DNA from: Alphaproteobacteria bacterium | Lineage (GTDB): Bacteria; Pseudomonadota; Alphaproteobacteria; Rs-D84; JAERRO01 | Length of the DNA stretch: 54,437 nt | Assembly: GCA_016735395.1 (NCBI GenBank) | Contig: JAERRO010000007.1 | Location: forward strand, 1-54,437 | Direction: 5' to 3' | Shown here: in pieces, positions 17,120 through 26,501 of the stretch | Position numbering within the stretch: position 1 is the first letter of the stretch | Layout of the letters: each line of letters begins with the position of its first letter | Notes under the pieces: model-generated | The model's database searches: none | Told to the model about the DNA's origin: nothing | What the model saw: the letters and a program-made list of their open reading frames with translations, nothing else | Made by a program: the position numbers and the translations under genes

Positions 17120-19651
17120 ATGGTAGAGAAAACAAAAAAAACGACTTCATCGACATCGAAGAAAGTTGTTAACGGGGTTCGTCATAGACTATTGAAAGAC
17201 AAATTATTGAGTAAAGACGAGTCTACGATGAGGTTATTTTCTTATATAAATAAGATATTACATAGATCCGAGAAGGGCGAGAGTTTTTTATCGATAAATT
17301 TACCGAACATAATAGTATGGCCACATAGCAATATGCACTTACGAATAGAAGGACCAGTAGTAGATTTATTATCTAAATTATATGCTAACCGAGAGTCATT
17401 CTTTATAACCACAAAAATAGGAGAATCAAAATCTGAAAAGGATGCTAAAAACTTATTATTGACAGGGACTTTTGGTTATATTGAGAAGTTTACTAAAATA
17501 TCGAATAACAGTTGCAGGTTATCTTTTAAAACGACGGTCAGAGGTAAAGCTAGCGGTCATCAGATAAGAGACAAGATATTGAGGTCTAAAGTTATGTTAA
17601 AAGATATAAATCTTGAGGACCTAAATAAAGGCAGTAATCCCAGAGAAAAAGCATTATTAAAAACAATATTGGGAACTGTGGTCTCTATAAGTTCGAAGAC
17701 TTCATTAAATTTTGAGAAGTTTCATTCATTAGAGGAGGCTTTTAACTCTAACAAGTGGGTATCTATAGACGGAGTATTGTCGTTAACAGGCCTACCTTAC
17801 GAGTTTGTATCTACCTTGTATAGCATTTCTAGTGCGGGAGTTATATTATCTAAAATACAGAACTTTTTATCAGAGGAGATAGAGAAGTTATCTATAGATA
17901 AAGAGATAGACGACAAAGTAGGGAAGAATATGAGCGAATTTCAAAGGAGTGTATATTTGCAGGAAAAGTTAAAGGTGATACAAGAAGAATTGGGAAATAA
18001 CGGAAAAGAGAAGATGTTAGAGAAGATGAAGGAGAAGAAAGTCCCTGAGAGGGTATTAAAGGTTATCACGAAAGAACTAGAGCGGTTAAGTACGATGTCT
18101 AGTATGTCTCCGGAGTCCTCTATAATAAAGCATTATGCAGAATGGATACTAGATTTACCGTGGGGTTCAGAGAAAAATTCTCCATTGAATCTCTTGAAGG
18201 CGAAGAAAGTGCTAGATGCAGATCATTACGGGATAAAAAAAGCAAAAGAACGAATATTAGAGATGTTATCTGTATACAGTAGAAAAGGCGACTTGAGTAA
18301 TAACATTTTATGTTTTGTAGGGCCTCCAGGTGTGGGTAAAACTTCATTAGTGAGTTCTATATCGACTGTATTAAATAGACCTTTAGTAAAAATATCTTTA
18401 GGCGGTATAAGCGACGAGTCGGAGATCCGAGGACACCGTAGAACCTATATAGGGGCTCAACCCGGTAGAATAGTTAATGCACTAAAGCAGAGTAAAACCT
18501 TATCTCCTGTCATACTGTTAGACGAGATAGACAAGATTCATAGCGGAAGTCATGGAAGTCCTATTTCGGCTTTATTAGAGGTATTAGACCCCTCACAAAA
18601 CAAGCACTTTAGAGACAACTTTATGGAGTTCGACATAGATCTATCGGGCATTATATTTATAGCTACTGCGAACAATCTAGACAATATACCATTACCGTTA
18701 TTAGACAGAATAGAAGTCATCAACTTATCTTCTTATTCTGAATTGGAGAAATTAAAAATAGCTAAAAAGCATATATTACCTAGAGCGATAGAAAAGATAG
18801 GTATAAGAAAAAGTGAGTTTAGCATCAGCGAATCTGCCTTAAAAGATTTAATACATAATTACACTATAGAAGCGGGTGTCAGACTGTTATCTAAAAACAT
18901 AGAGAAGCTACTCCGCAAATCGTTGAGTATGTTATTAAGTATTGAAGACGATGAGACTACTACACCGTCGAAAAAGAAGATAATTGTCAGCAAAGAAAAT
19001 CTAAACAACTTTATAGATCCCGTCGCAAAAGAAATAGAAGTAAATCCTAAACCGCGAGTTGGCAAAGTAAATATATTATCGGTCGGTCAGTTCGGTGGCA
19101 GTTTAAAACAGTTAGAGACGATAAAAGTGTCAGGGGTTCCACAGGTAATAAAAACGGGGTTATTAAAAGAGCAGTTTCAAGAAAGCATAGATGTAGCTTT
19201 AGCCTGGATAAAGTCTAATATAAATCTACTAGGCATAAGTTCTTCTGTTATAGAAGGACATACTCTATATGTCCACATACCACATTCCAGCGGTATAGAA
19301 GGACCGAGTGCGGGACTTGCTATAACAACTTCGTTGGTATCTACTCTATTAAAGGTTCCCGTGAGAGGAGATATAGCAATGACGGGCGAGATTAGTTTAA
19401 CAGGCGATGCATTAGCGGTAGGAGGAGTTGTAGAGAAGATTATGGGGGCTTATTCTAAAGGCATTAAAAAAATCATAGTTCCACGGAGTGTTCTACCTGT
19501 AATAAAAGAACTAGATACGGAGATAAGGGACAATGTAGAAATTATAGCCGTCGACTCAATATTAGAAGTGTTAAAATTAACGATATTGGGTTTCGAAGAT
19601 AAATTTGACTCTATAAATTTATCTCGTCATTCTTATATAGGTTATCGTTAA
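17120..19651 (+). CDS. lon: ATP-dependent protease Lon (start moved from 17060 to the ATG after AAGGAG)
   Basis: GPPGVGKTS, EIRGHRRTYIGA, LLDEIDK, catalytic GPSAG. Confidence 0.96.
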   Translation: MVEKTKKTTSSTSKKVVNGVRHRLLKDKLLSKDESTMRLFSYINKILHRSEKGESFLSINLPNIIVWPHSNMHLRIEGPVVDLLSKLYANRESFFITTKIGESKSEKDAKNLLLTGTFGYIEKFTKISNNSCRLSFKTTVRGKASGHQIRDKILRSKVMLKDINLEDLNKGSNPREKALLKTILGTVVSISSKTSLNFEKFHSLEEAFNSNKWVSIDGVLSLTGLPYEFVSTLYSISSAGVILSKIQNFLSEEIEKLSIDKEIDDKVGKNMSEFQRSVYLQEKLKVIQEELGNNGKEKMLEKMKEKKVPERVLKVITKELERLSTMSSMSPESSIIKHYAEWILDLPWGSEKNSPLNLLKAKKVLDADHYGIKKAKERILEMLSVYSRKGDLSNNILCFVGPPGVGKTSLVSSISTVLNRPLVKISLGGISDESEIRGHRRTYIGAQPGRIVNALKQSKTLSPVILLDEIDKIHSGSHGSPISALLEVLDPSQNKHFRDNFMEFDIDLSGIIFIATANNLDNIPLPLLDRIEVINLSSYSELEKLKIAKKHILPRAIEKIGIRKSEFSISESALKDLIHNYTIEAGVRLLSKNIEKLLRKSLSMLLSIEDDETTTPSKKKIIVSKENLNNFIDPVAKEIEVNPKPRVGKVNILSVGQFGGSLKQLETIKVSGVPQVIKTGLLKEQFQESIDVALAWIKSNINLLGISSSVIEGHTLYVHIPHSSGIEGPSAGLAITTSLVSTLLKVPVRGDIAMTGEISLTGDALAVGGVVEKIMGAYSKGIKKIIVPRSVLPVIKELDTEIRDNVEIIAVDSILEVLKLTILGFEDKFDSINLSRHSYIGYR

Positions 19652-19705
19652 AGTATACAGATAAATCTGTTTGCAAGAAGTTAGAAAATAAAGTATTATA
19701 ACGAT

Positions 19706-20197
19706 ATGTCAAAAGTAGTAAGTTTTTTTAAAGATAAGTTAAAGTTAAACTATATATCTGCTCGCATACTATTTGTTGCTATAATCATATTCGTGTTATT
19801 AGTTTTATTATTTCCAAAGGGCGACTTGACGACTAGCGATTTAGTTTATGTGTGTCCGTTGGGAGACAGTCTTCTTAACGAAGATGTATTTAGCATATTG
19901 ACATACGGGTTATATATAGGACTACTCATAAACATTCTATCTTTTTTAAGCCATTATGTAAAAGTAGTGATAGAAGGTTCTAGAGTATCGTGGAAGAAAG
20001 TGGATCAAATGATACTAGGACTACTGTTGACCGTCTTGATATATTCATTTATAATAGTTGTATTAGGTGGCAAGGGAAATTATCAAAAGGTATATGTTAG
20101 CAATCTAGGCAAAAGTTATATGTTATGCCGTCCAGACTCAAAAGGATCTAGAGGCATTCCCCCAGAAAATGTTTCTATAAAAAAACGAAACAAGTAG
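19706..20197 (+). CDS. Hypothetical membrane protein (3 TM)
   Basis: 163-aa ORF with three hydrophobic segments and its own promoter-like sequence TTGCAA-17-TATTAT. Confidence 0.7.
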   Translation: MSKVVSFFKDKLKLNYISARILFVAIIIFVLLVLLFPKGDLTTSDLVYVCPLGDSLLNEDVFSILTYGLYIGLLINILSFLSHYVKVVIEGSRVSWKKVDQMILGLLLTVLIYSFIIVVLGGKGNYQKVYVSNLGKSYMLCRPDSKGSRGIPPENVSIKKRNK

Positions 20198-20214
20198 AAG
20201 AAGAACCATAAATT

Positions 20215-20298
20215 TGGTGGGCATAAAAGGACTTGAACCTTCAAGGATTACTCCGGTAGATTTTGAGTCTACTGCGTCTACCATTCCGCCATATGCCC
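20215..20298 (-). tRNA. tRNA-Leu(CAA)
   Basis: GGGCATA acceptor strand, GTAGA-CTCAAAA-TCTAC anticodon arm, long variable arm, GGTTCAAGTCC, encoded CCA. Confidence 0.96.
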
Positions 20299-20364
20299 AT
20301 TATTTACAATATTACTAAAAAAAGTAGAAAAATCAATAGTAGCCTGAAACTTTATGATATTACC

Positions 20365-20393
20365 TTGACATTTGCCTCTACAACCACTATACT
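20365..20393 (+). promoter_or_regulatory. Sigma70 promoter of the HU gene
   Basis: TTGACA, 17 nt, TATACT. Confidence 0.75.
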
Positions 20394-20444
20394 GCGGTAG
20401 TTTCTAGAAACTTATCTAGAAATAGTCTACAAAGGAGATTAACT

Positions 20445-20729
20445 ATGGCGAACACATTTTCAAAATTAGAATTAGCATCAGCGATATCTGATAAACAAGA
20501 AATCAGTCAAGCATCAGCTAATGAATTAGTCCAAGCAGTTCTAGGAACTATTATGGAAGAAGTCAAAAACGGCAAAGAAGTTCGGCTAATGGGTTTTGGA
20601 ACATTTTCTAAAGCACATAGAAAAGCTACAACAGGTAGAAATCCATCTACAGGTGAGAGCATAAAGATATCTGCTTCAAACAGACCTAAATTTAAAGCTG
20701 GAAAAGGTTTTAAAGATCTTCTAAACTAA
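20445..20729 (+). CDS. hup: DNA-binding protein HU
   Basis: GFGTF, GRNPSTGE, PKFKAGK; AAGGAG RBS. Confidence 0.95.
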   Translation: MANTFSKLELASAISDKQEISQASANELVQAVLGTIMEEVKNGKEVRLMGFGTFSKAHRKATTGRNPSTGESIKISASNRPKFKAGKGFKDLLN

Positions 20730-20751
20730 TTTAAGTTTAAAAAACATAAAT

Positions 20752-20782
20752 AAAAAGAGCCTACGAAAGTAGGCTTTTTTTT
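20752..20782 (+). terminator. Intrinsic terminator after HU
   Basis: AGCCTAC-GAAA-GTAGGCT followed by a T run. Confidence 0.85.
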
Positions 20783-20842
20783 ATTAAGTTGAATAAAAGA
20801 CTAATATATACTATAATATATAAAGTTATAGTAGGAGAGTAA

Positions 20843-22507
20843 ATGTTAGATATAATACAGAATAGTATTTTTATAGAGATAGCAATACTATTATTATTGG
20901 GTACAGGTTTAAGTATATTGGCACTAAAGTTTAAACAGCCATTATTGATAGTATTCATATTGACAGGATTTTTAGCAGGGCCGGCAGTTCTAAATATAGT
21001 CCATTCTCCGGATCTATTAAAATTTTTATCCCATATAGGAATAACGATATTATTATTTTTGGTCGGATTAAAATTAGATCTAAAGATGGTGAAGAATGTC
21101 GGGACGACGGCCTTATTGACAGGTCTAGGTCAAATATTATTCACGGCTTTATTCGGATTTTGGATATGCAGATTATTAGGTTTAAGTTCTTTAATAAGTC
21201 TGTATGTATCGATAGCTCTAACATTTTCTAGTACGATAATAATAATCAAGTTATTGTCGGACAAGCGAGAGGTAGACTCATTACACGGTAGAATATCTTT
21301 AGGATTTTTAATAGTCCAAGATTTATTCGTAATAATAGCGATGATAGTGTTCTCTGCGTTCGGTATGGACAGTCAGGCAGAAGGCGGATCTATAGCTATG
21401 TTGTTAGGTTCTCTATTGTTATTAGTGGTGTGTCTAATTTTATTTATAAAGTTCTTCGCAGAGAGGGTATTAAGTTTTATATCTAAATCGTCAGAACTGT
21501 TATTATTATTCGCAATAAGTCTAGCGATGATAATGAGCGGGATAACAGAATTATTAGGTCTAGGTATGGAGTTGGGAGGACTAATAGCGGGAATAGCTTT
21601 AGCCTCAACTAGTTCTAGAGACTCTATAGCATCTCGTCTTTCAGGTTTGAGGGATTTTTTATTATTTTTCTTCTTCGTATCATTAGGATTATCTATAGAA
21701 TTCGGTGCATTGTCCAGTCAGATAGTTCCGGCGGTAATATTATCATTATTTATCTTGATAGGAAACCCTTTAATAGTGATGATAATATTAGGATTATTGG
21801 GGTATAGAAAAAGGACAGGATTTTTAGCGGGTCTAACTGTTGCTCAAATAAGCGAATTTTCTTTAATATTTTTACAAATGGGAGAAAAATCTGGTCATGT
21901 CCCACGAGATGTTATAAGTATGGTGACGATAGTAGGTCTATTAACCATAGCGGTATGTTCGTATATGATGATGTATTCGCACCAGCTTTACAATATATTA
22001 CAAAAATATTTAAGTATCTTCGAGGGTCGTCATACAAAGAGAAAAGTATCAGAATACAAGCAGTTTAATTATGACATAGTGGTGTTAGGACTAGGAAATT
22101 ATGGACAAATGATAATGGAAGAGTTAAAGAATCAGGACTTTAAAGTATTTGGGGTAGACTTCAATCAAGAGAATGTCAATATGATGAAAAAAAAGGGCTA
22201 TGATGTCTCACAGGCAGATATATCAGATGTCGAGAGTTTATCTTCGCTACCTATATTACAGTCGAATGTGTGTGTGTGTGTGACGACACCTTCGTCTTAC
22301 AGTGCCCTTGTAACTATAGACCCTAGACATATATTATTACAGCACCTAAAGAATAACAAATATAAAGGTCGTGTAGTAATGAGAGCCGGCAGTAATAACG
22401 AGGTAGACATTCTAAAGAAAATAGGGGTAGAAATAGTGCTAAACCCTTACCAGTATAGTGCTAAATATCTACATATGATGTTAAATAGAAGGAAAAAATT
22501 GCTATGA
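20843..22507 (+). CDS. CPA2/Kef-type cation:proton antiporter with C-terminal TrkA-N (RCK) domain
   Basis: LLFLVGL, FSSTIII, LIVQD, QISEFS, GLGNYG Rossmann motif. Confidence 0.9.
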   Translation: MLDIIQNSIFIEIAILLLLGTGLSILALKFKQPLLIVFILTGFLAGPAVLNIVHSPDLLKFLSHIGITILLFLVGLKLDLKMVKNVGTTALLTGLGQILFTALFGFWICRLLGLSSLISLYVSIALTFSSTIIIIKLLSDKREVDSLHGRISLGFLIVQDLFVIIAMIVFSAFGMDSQAEGGSIAMLLGSLLLLVVCLILFIKFFAERVLSFISKSSELLLLFAISLAMIMSGITELLGLGMELGGLIAGIALASTSSRDSIASRLSGLRDFLLFFFFVSLGLSIEFGALSSQIVPAVILSLFILIGNPLIVMIILGLLGYRKRTGFLAGLTVAQISEFSLIFLQMGEKSGHVPRDVISMVTIVGLLTIAVCSYMMMYSHQLYNILQKYLSIFEGRHTKRKVSEYKQFNYDIVVLGLGNYGQMIMEELKNQDFKVFGVDFNQENVNMMKKKGYDVSQADISDVESLSSLPILQSNVCVCVTTPSSYSALVTIDPRHILLQHLKNNKYKGRVVMRAGSNNEVDILKKIGVEIVLNPYQYSAKYLHMMLNRRKKLL

Positions 22508-23100
22508 GGGATTACAAATTTCTAGGATCCTTCAGAGAGGACAATCACCCGTCTCATCTACCGATATTTCCGGCGACTGTGTGGATAGGCAGATCGAATA
22601 GTGGAAAAAGTTCTTTAATCAATGCAGTCAGCGGTAAAAACAGACTTGCCTTTACATCGAAACTACCAGGTAGAACAAGAGACATAGTATATTTTGGAGA
22701 TAAAAACAGCTATTATATAGATCTACCAGGTTATGGTTTTGCTAAAGCGGGAGACAGTCATAAAGACTTTTGGGAGAAGTCCTTGAGTAGCTTTATATTA
22801 AAGAACGACTGTATCAGTATGATATTTTTACTAATAGACAGCCGAAGATCTTTTCAACCACTAGACATAGAGATGTTAGACTGGCTAGAGTTAAACGATT
22901 TACCGTATCAGGTAATTTTAACAAAGATAGACAAATTAAAATTGAAAGAACTAGAAAGAGTAAAAAAGGAAATCGAGTCATTGTATAAACTCAAAAGAGA
23001 AGTATTGATCAGCTCTAGCAAAACAAAAAAAGGCATAACAGAAATCCGCTATGCTATAGAGGACAATAACAACTTATTCTTCACTAACCGACACCAGTAA
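22504..23100 (+). CDS. engB: GTP-binding protein EngB (YihA/YsxC)
   Basis: GRSNSGKSS, PGRT, DLPGYG, TKID. Confidence 0.95.
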   Translation: MRDYKFLGSFREDNHPSHLPIFPATVWIGRSNSGKSSLINAVSGKNRLAFTSKLPGRTRDIVYFGDKNSYYIDLPGYGFAKAGDSHKDFWEKSLSSFILKNDCISMIFLLIDSRRSFQPLDIEMLDWLELNDLPYQVILTKIDKLKLKELERVKKEIESLYKLKREVLISSSKTKKGITEIRYAIEDNNNLFFTNRHQ

Positions 23101-23180
23101 AAAAACGGTATAATTTAAACTTTTATACTATATATTTATTATACAGATTATTAAGATTAGATATTTTAACAGGAAGATAA

Positions 23181-23573
23181 TTATCTATTCATTTTTTTGA
23201 GATAATTATTTAAAGAGTTTAAAATTTTAGATTCTTGATCGCCAGAAAAAATTTCTATCTGTTCTATCTGTTCTATTATTTTTTCAACAAAACTACTACT
23301 TACCACCCCTTTAACAGAGTAGTTATTTGGTATCTTTATAATAGGATGACAAGAAAGATAACTATCTTTATCAAGATAAAAACATTCTTCTTTTGTTATT
23401 TTAATACAGTGATACATCGGTCTATTTTTTGAGTTAATTTTCAAACACCACCCTTCACTAATATAAACACAGACTGCTATGATATTGTCATCTGGATCTT
23501 TTCCTCTAAAATTTTGTAATGCATCAAACATCACAACATCGCCTACACTAAGATCGCCAGGAGTAAAGTCCAT
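23181..23573 (-). CDS. Putative toxin, probable MazF/PemK-like fold
   Basis: Abuts the Panacea gene (TAA-ATG); GDVV..VCV..INS..YLDKDSYLSC..G pattern with a C-terminal helix. Confidence 0.5.
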   Translation of the reverse strand: MDFTPGDLSVGDVVMFDALQNFRGKDPDDNIIAVCVYISEGWCLKINSKNRPMYHCIKITKEECFYLDKDSYLSCHPIIKIPNNYSVKGVVSSSFVEKIIEQIEQIEIFSGDQESKILNSLNNYLKKMNR

Positions 23574-24092
23574 TTAAATTACCATAAGTTTTGAGATTTT
23601 TTTTAATTCTTCTTTTAATTCTTCGTCATTTATCATATCTTCAAAAGGAATTGGCGGAGAATTAGACTCCCTATTTTTACGAGCTTTTTTCCAACATTCT
23701 TCATTGTGATTTTTAGTTTCAACTTCAGAAAAATCTAAATTATCATATTCTTTTATTCCAAAATCTAGTGCTTCCAAGTCGCTTTTTGATAGCATTGATA
23801 AATTTGCGGGTCTAGACACGGATAAAATATTCTTATCGACTTTTGTAAAAGGAAAGTCTTTGTTTATATCATTTTGCTTAATGATATCGTATATTCCTAC
23901 AGGCACTGTTCCGTATCTCATTGCTACATAGTTGTCTCCAGTTATAGGTCTTCCATATGTATTTAAATGATACCTTTCAGCCTCAAAAAAAACTTTTATT
24001 ATATTATATTGATCAGACTTATTCATCTTATCTATAACATATAACAAAGCCTCTAAAGCCTTTTTGTAATTAGGTGTAAACTCAATAGAAAT
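23574..24092 (-). CDS. Panacea/SocA (DUF4065) family antitoxin; start extended to ATT at 24092
   Basis: KALEALLY, K..F.AE..HL..YGRPITGD.YVAM.YG.VP, LSKSD.EAL, H...W motifs. Confidence 0.82.
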   Translation of the reverse strand: MSIEFTPNYKKALEALLYVIDKMNKSDQYNIIKVFFEAERYHLNTYGRPITGDNYVAMRYGTVPVGIYDIIKQNDINKDFPFTKVDKNILSVSRPANLSMLSKSDLEALDFGIKEYDNLDFSEVETKNHNEECWKKARKNRESNSPPIPFEDMINDEELKEELKKISKLMVI

Positions 24093-24303
24093 AAGATTCT
24101 CCTTTATTTGTTTTAATTATTGTATAGCAATTTACTTATACGGTCAAATTTTTTATAATGTATTTTAAAGCAAGAACTAAATATAACCTTTTATAAATAT
24201 ATCACAAAATGACAAAAAAATCAAGTAAAAAGCTCTGTGATATAGTATAATTTTCTTGAAAATCCATATTATATAATATATTCTAATTGACAAAGGACTA
24301 TTT

Positions 24304-24816
24304 ATGAGGAAGCTTCACATTATAATATTGATAATTGCTATATCGTTTATATTGGATCAGTTAACGAAGTTTATAATAATGGGTCAGTTTTTCGAGGTGG
24401 TTCCCCTTTACAGTCTTGAGTTATTGCCCGAAGTATTTTTATATAAAGTGAGCAGTTTTTTCAATTTAGTATTGGTGTATAACACAGGTTCTAGTTTCAG
24501 TCTTGGTGCAGAGATAGGCATAAAAATGCCGTGGATTTTCTTAATTATTTATGTTCTAATAATGTCGTACTTGATCCGTCTACTATTTATCGGCGATAGA
24601 AGATTTGAGATAGTATCTTTATCGTTAGTGTTAGGTGGAGCATTGGGGAATTTTATAGACAGGATCAGATTTAACAGTGTCGTAGACTTCCTACATTTTC
24701 ACGGCTGGGGTTATCATTGGCCGGTGTTTAATCTAGCCGACAGTTTCATAGTTATAGGTGTTTTTCTGTATATAATTTGCGGTATAACCGCATCAAAAAA
24801 GAAGGTTATAAAGTGA
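24304..24816 (+). CDS. lspA: Lipoprotein signal peptidase II
   Basis: LDQLTK, NTGSSFS, GGALGNFIDR, VVDF, FNLAD. Confidence 0.97.
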   Translation: MRKLHIIILIIAISFILDQLTKFIIMGQFFEVVPLYSLELLPEVFLYKVSSFFNLVLVYNTGSSFSLGAEIGIKMPWIFLIIYVLIMSYLIRLLFIGDRRFEIVSLSLVLGGALGNFIDRIRFNSVVDFLHFHGWGYHWPVFNLADSFIVIGVFLYIICGITASKKKVIK

Positions 24817-25175
24817 TTTTACCAAACATAGAAAAGACAAACAAAAAGTACATTAGGGAGCAACAGATAGCCGAAGAATCTTATAAACGGCTTATCCAAA
24901 TTATGAGGGATCTGACGGACGAAGACGAGAATTTATCTGGGATTAAGATTACTAAAGTGAGGGCAAAAGGGCTACAAGTTTTACGAATTTATGTAGACGG
25001 TTGTTCTACGGCACAGTTAAAGTCTCTGAACGGCGAGTATAAGAACCGTATCCGCCATCTACTAGGCAAATCTCTTCAGCTCCGCTACAGTCTCAGCATT
25101 TCATTTTATATAGACACCGAGTTATCGGCTAGAGAAGAGTTAGAAAATCTTTTACACGACAACGATCTATCGTAG
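24813..25175 (+). CDS. rbfA: Ribosome-binding factor A (GTG start overlapping the lspA stop)
   Basis: ITKVR..L..RIYV, IRHLLGK.LQLRY...F..D; typical size. Confidence 0.75.
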   Translation: MILPNIEKTNKKYIREQQIAEESYKRLIQIMRDLTDEDENLSGIKITKVRAKGLQVLRIYVDGCSTAQLKSLNGEYKNRIRHLLGKSLQLRYSLSISFYIDTELSAREELENLLHDNDLS

Positions 25176-25187
25176 GTCTACTAGTTT

Positions 25188-26501
25188 TTAGTCGACGAAA
25201 GGATTTTTAGTAGCCTTAAATTCTAGTTTAATAGAAATACTCTCTAGTTGAAATTGTTTTGCGAGGGACTTTGCGAGATACAGTCTATATCCTTGAGGCA
25301 GATCTCCCGGTCGGTTTAGAAATATAGTAAACTTGGGCGGTTTAAAGTGTGTTTGAGTGATATACTTTAGTTTAATAGGTCTTTTAATCTTCGAGTATGG
25401 TGGAGATTTTTTATCTACGGCAGTCTGTAGCCATTTGTTAAGTTGATTAGTTTTGGTCTTGATGAGTGTTGCCTCTCGAAGTTTTTGAATATTATTTTGC
25501 AGGGTTGTCATATTCCATTTATCTATTGCAGAGACAGGAATAATCAGAGGTTTAGTAATTTGAAAGAACCTTTTGTGAAAAAAATGGTTGATGTCTGCCA
25601 GTATCGTTTTCCTTTGAGAATCAGGAATGAGGTCCCACTTATTTAGAACTATAATGATACCCTTTTCTTTTTCGATGATATCCATCGCTAGTCTTTTATC
25701 AAAAGCATTCATACCAGCTTGAGCATCGATTAAAAGCAGAACTATTTGAGAAGAAAAAATAATTTTTTGAGCTTTGATATCCATAATAATATCGAGTCGT
25801 CCGTGCAGGTCGTTTCTTTTTTTTCTACCTGCGGTATCGATGAGAGAGATATCATCGTCAAAGAGTTCTGCGGGTACAAACACGGAATCTCTAGTCGTCC
25901 CTTCTATAGGACTTGTGGCGAGCCTATCTTGTTTAGTCCAAGAGTTTATTAGAGTCGACTTCCCTGCATTAGGTCTACCTACGACGGCAATTTTGAATTC
26001 TACGGCTTTGGCATCGTCTACAGACTCACCTAGATTATTTTGAATTAGATCTATAAGTTGACTTTTTCCCGTGCCGTGTTCTGCGGAGACAGGAGTTATA
26101 TTAAAAGGGAGAGTTACAAAATTGGAGAAATCGAATTTTGACGAGTCCGATTTATTTATGACCCCAATGATAGTCTTATCGAAAGAGAATGCGAACCTTA
26201 TAATTTCGTCATCTCGATGTGTAATTCCTGCGATACCGTCTAGCACGATGATAACGAGATCTACCTCTTCTATAATATTTTTCCACAGTGTTGGAAAGGT
26301 ATTCCAAGACAATTTTATATTTTCTAGTCCCGGAGAATCATAAACGACATAAGAGTCATTATCTACGGTTAGCTTCCCTTCAATGATATCACGAGTAAGA
26401 TTTTCCTGATTTAATACTAGAGCGGAGTTAGACTTCGAGAGCAAGTTAAATAGTGTAGACTTACCAACATTAGTTCTCCCTATAAGCAATATTTTTTTCA
26501 T
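25188..26501 (-). CDS. der: Ribosome biogenesis GTPase Der (EngA)
   Basis: Two GTPase domains (GRTNVGKST, GRPNAGKST, DTAG, NKWD) plus KH-like C-terminus. Confidence 0.96.
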   Translation of the reverse strand: MKKILLIGRTNVGKSTLFNLLSKSNSALVLNQENLTRDIIEGKLTVDNDSYVVYDSPGLENIKLSWNTFPTLWKNIIEEVDLVIIVLDGIAGITHRDDEIIRFAFSFDKTIIGVINKSDSSKFDFSNFVTLPFNITPVSAEHGTGKSQLIDLIQNNLGESVDDAKAVEFKIAVVGRPNAGKSTLINSWTKQDRLATSPIEGTTRDSVFVPAELFDDDISLIDTAGRKKRNDLHGRLDIIMDIKAQKIIFSSQIVLLLIDAQAGMNAFDKRLAMDIIEKEKGIIIVLNKWDLIPDSQRKTILADINHFFHKRFFQITKPLIIPVSAIDKWNMTTLQNNIQKLREATLIKTKTNQLNKWLQTAVDKKSPPYSKIKRPIKLKYITQTHFKPPKFTIFLNRPGDLPQGYRLYLAKSLAKQFQLESISIKLEFKATKNPFVD

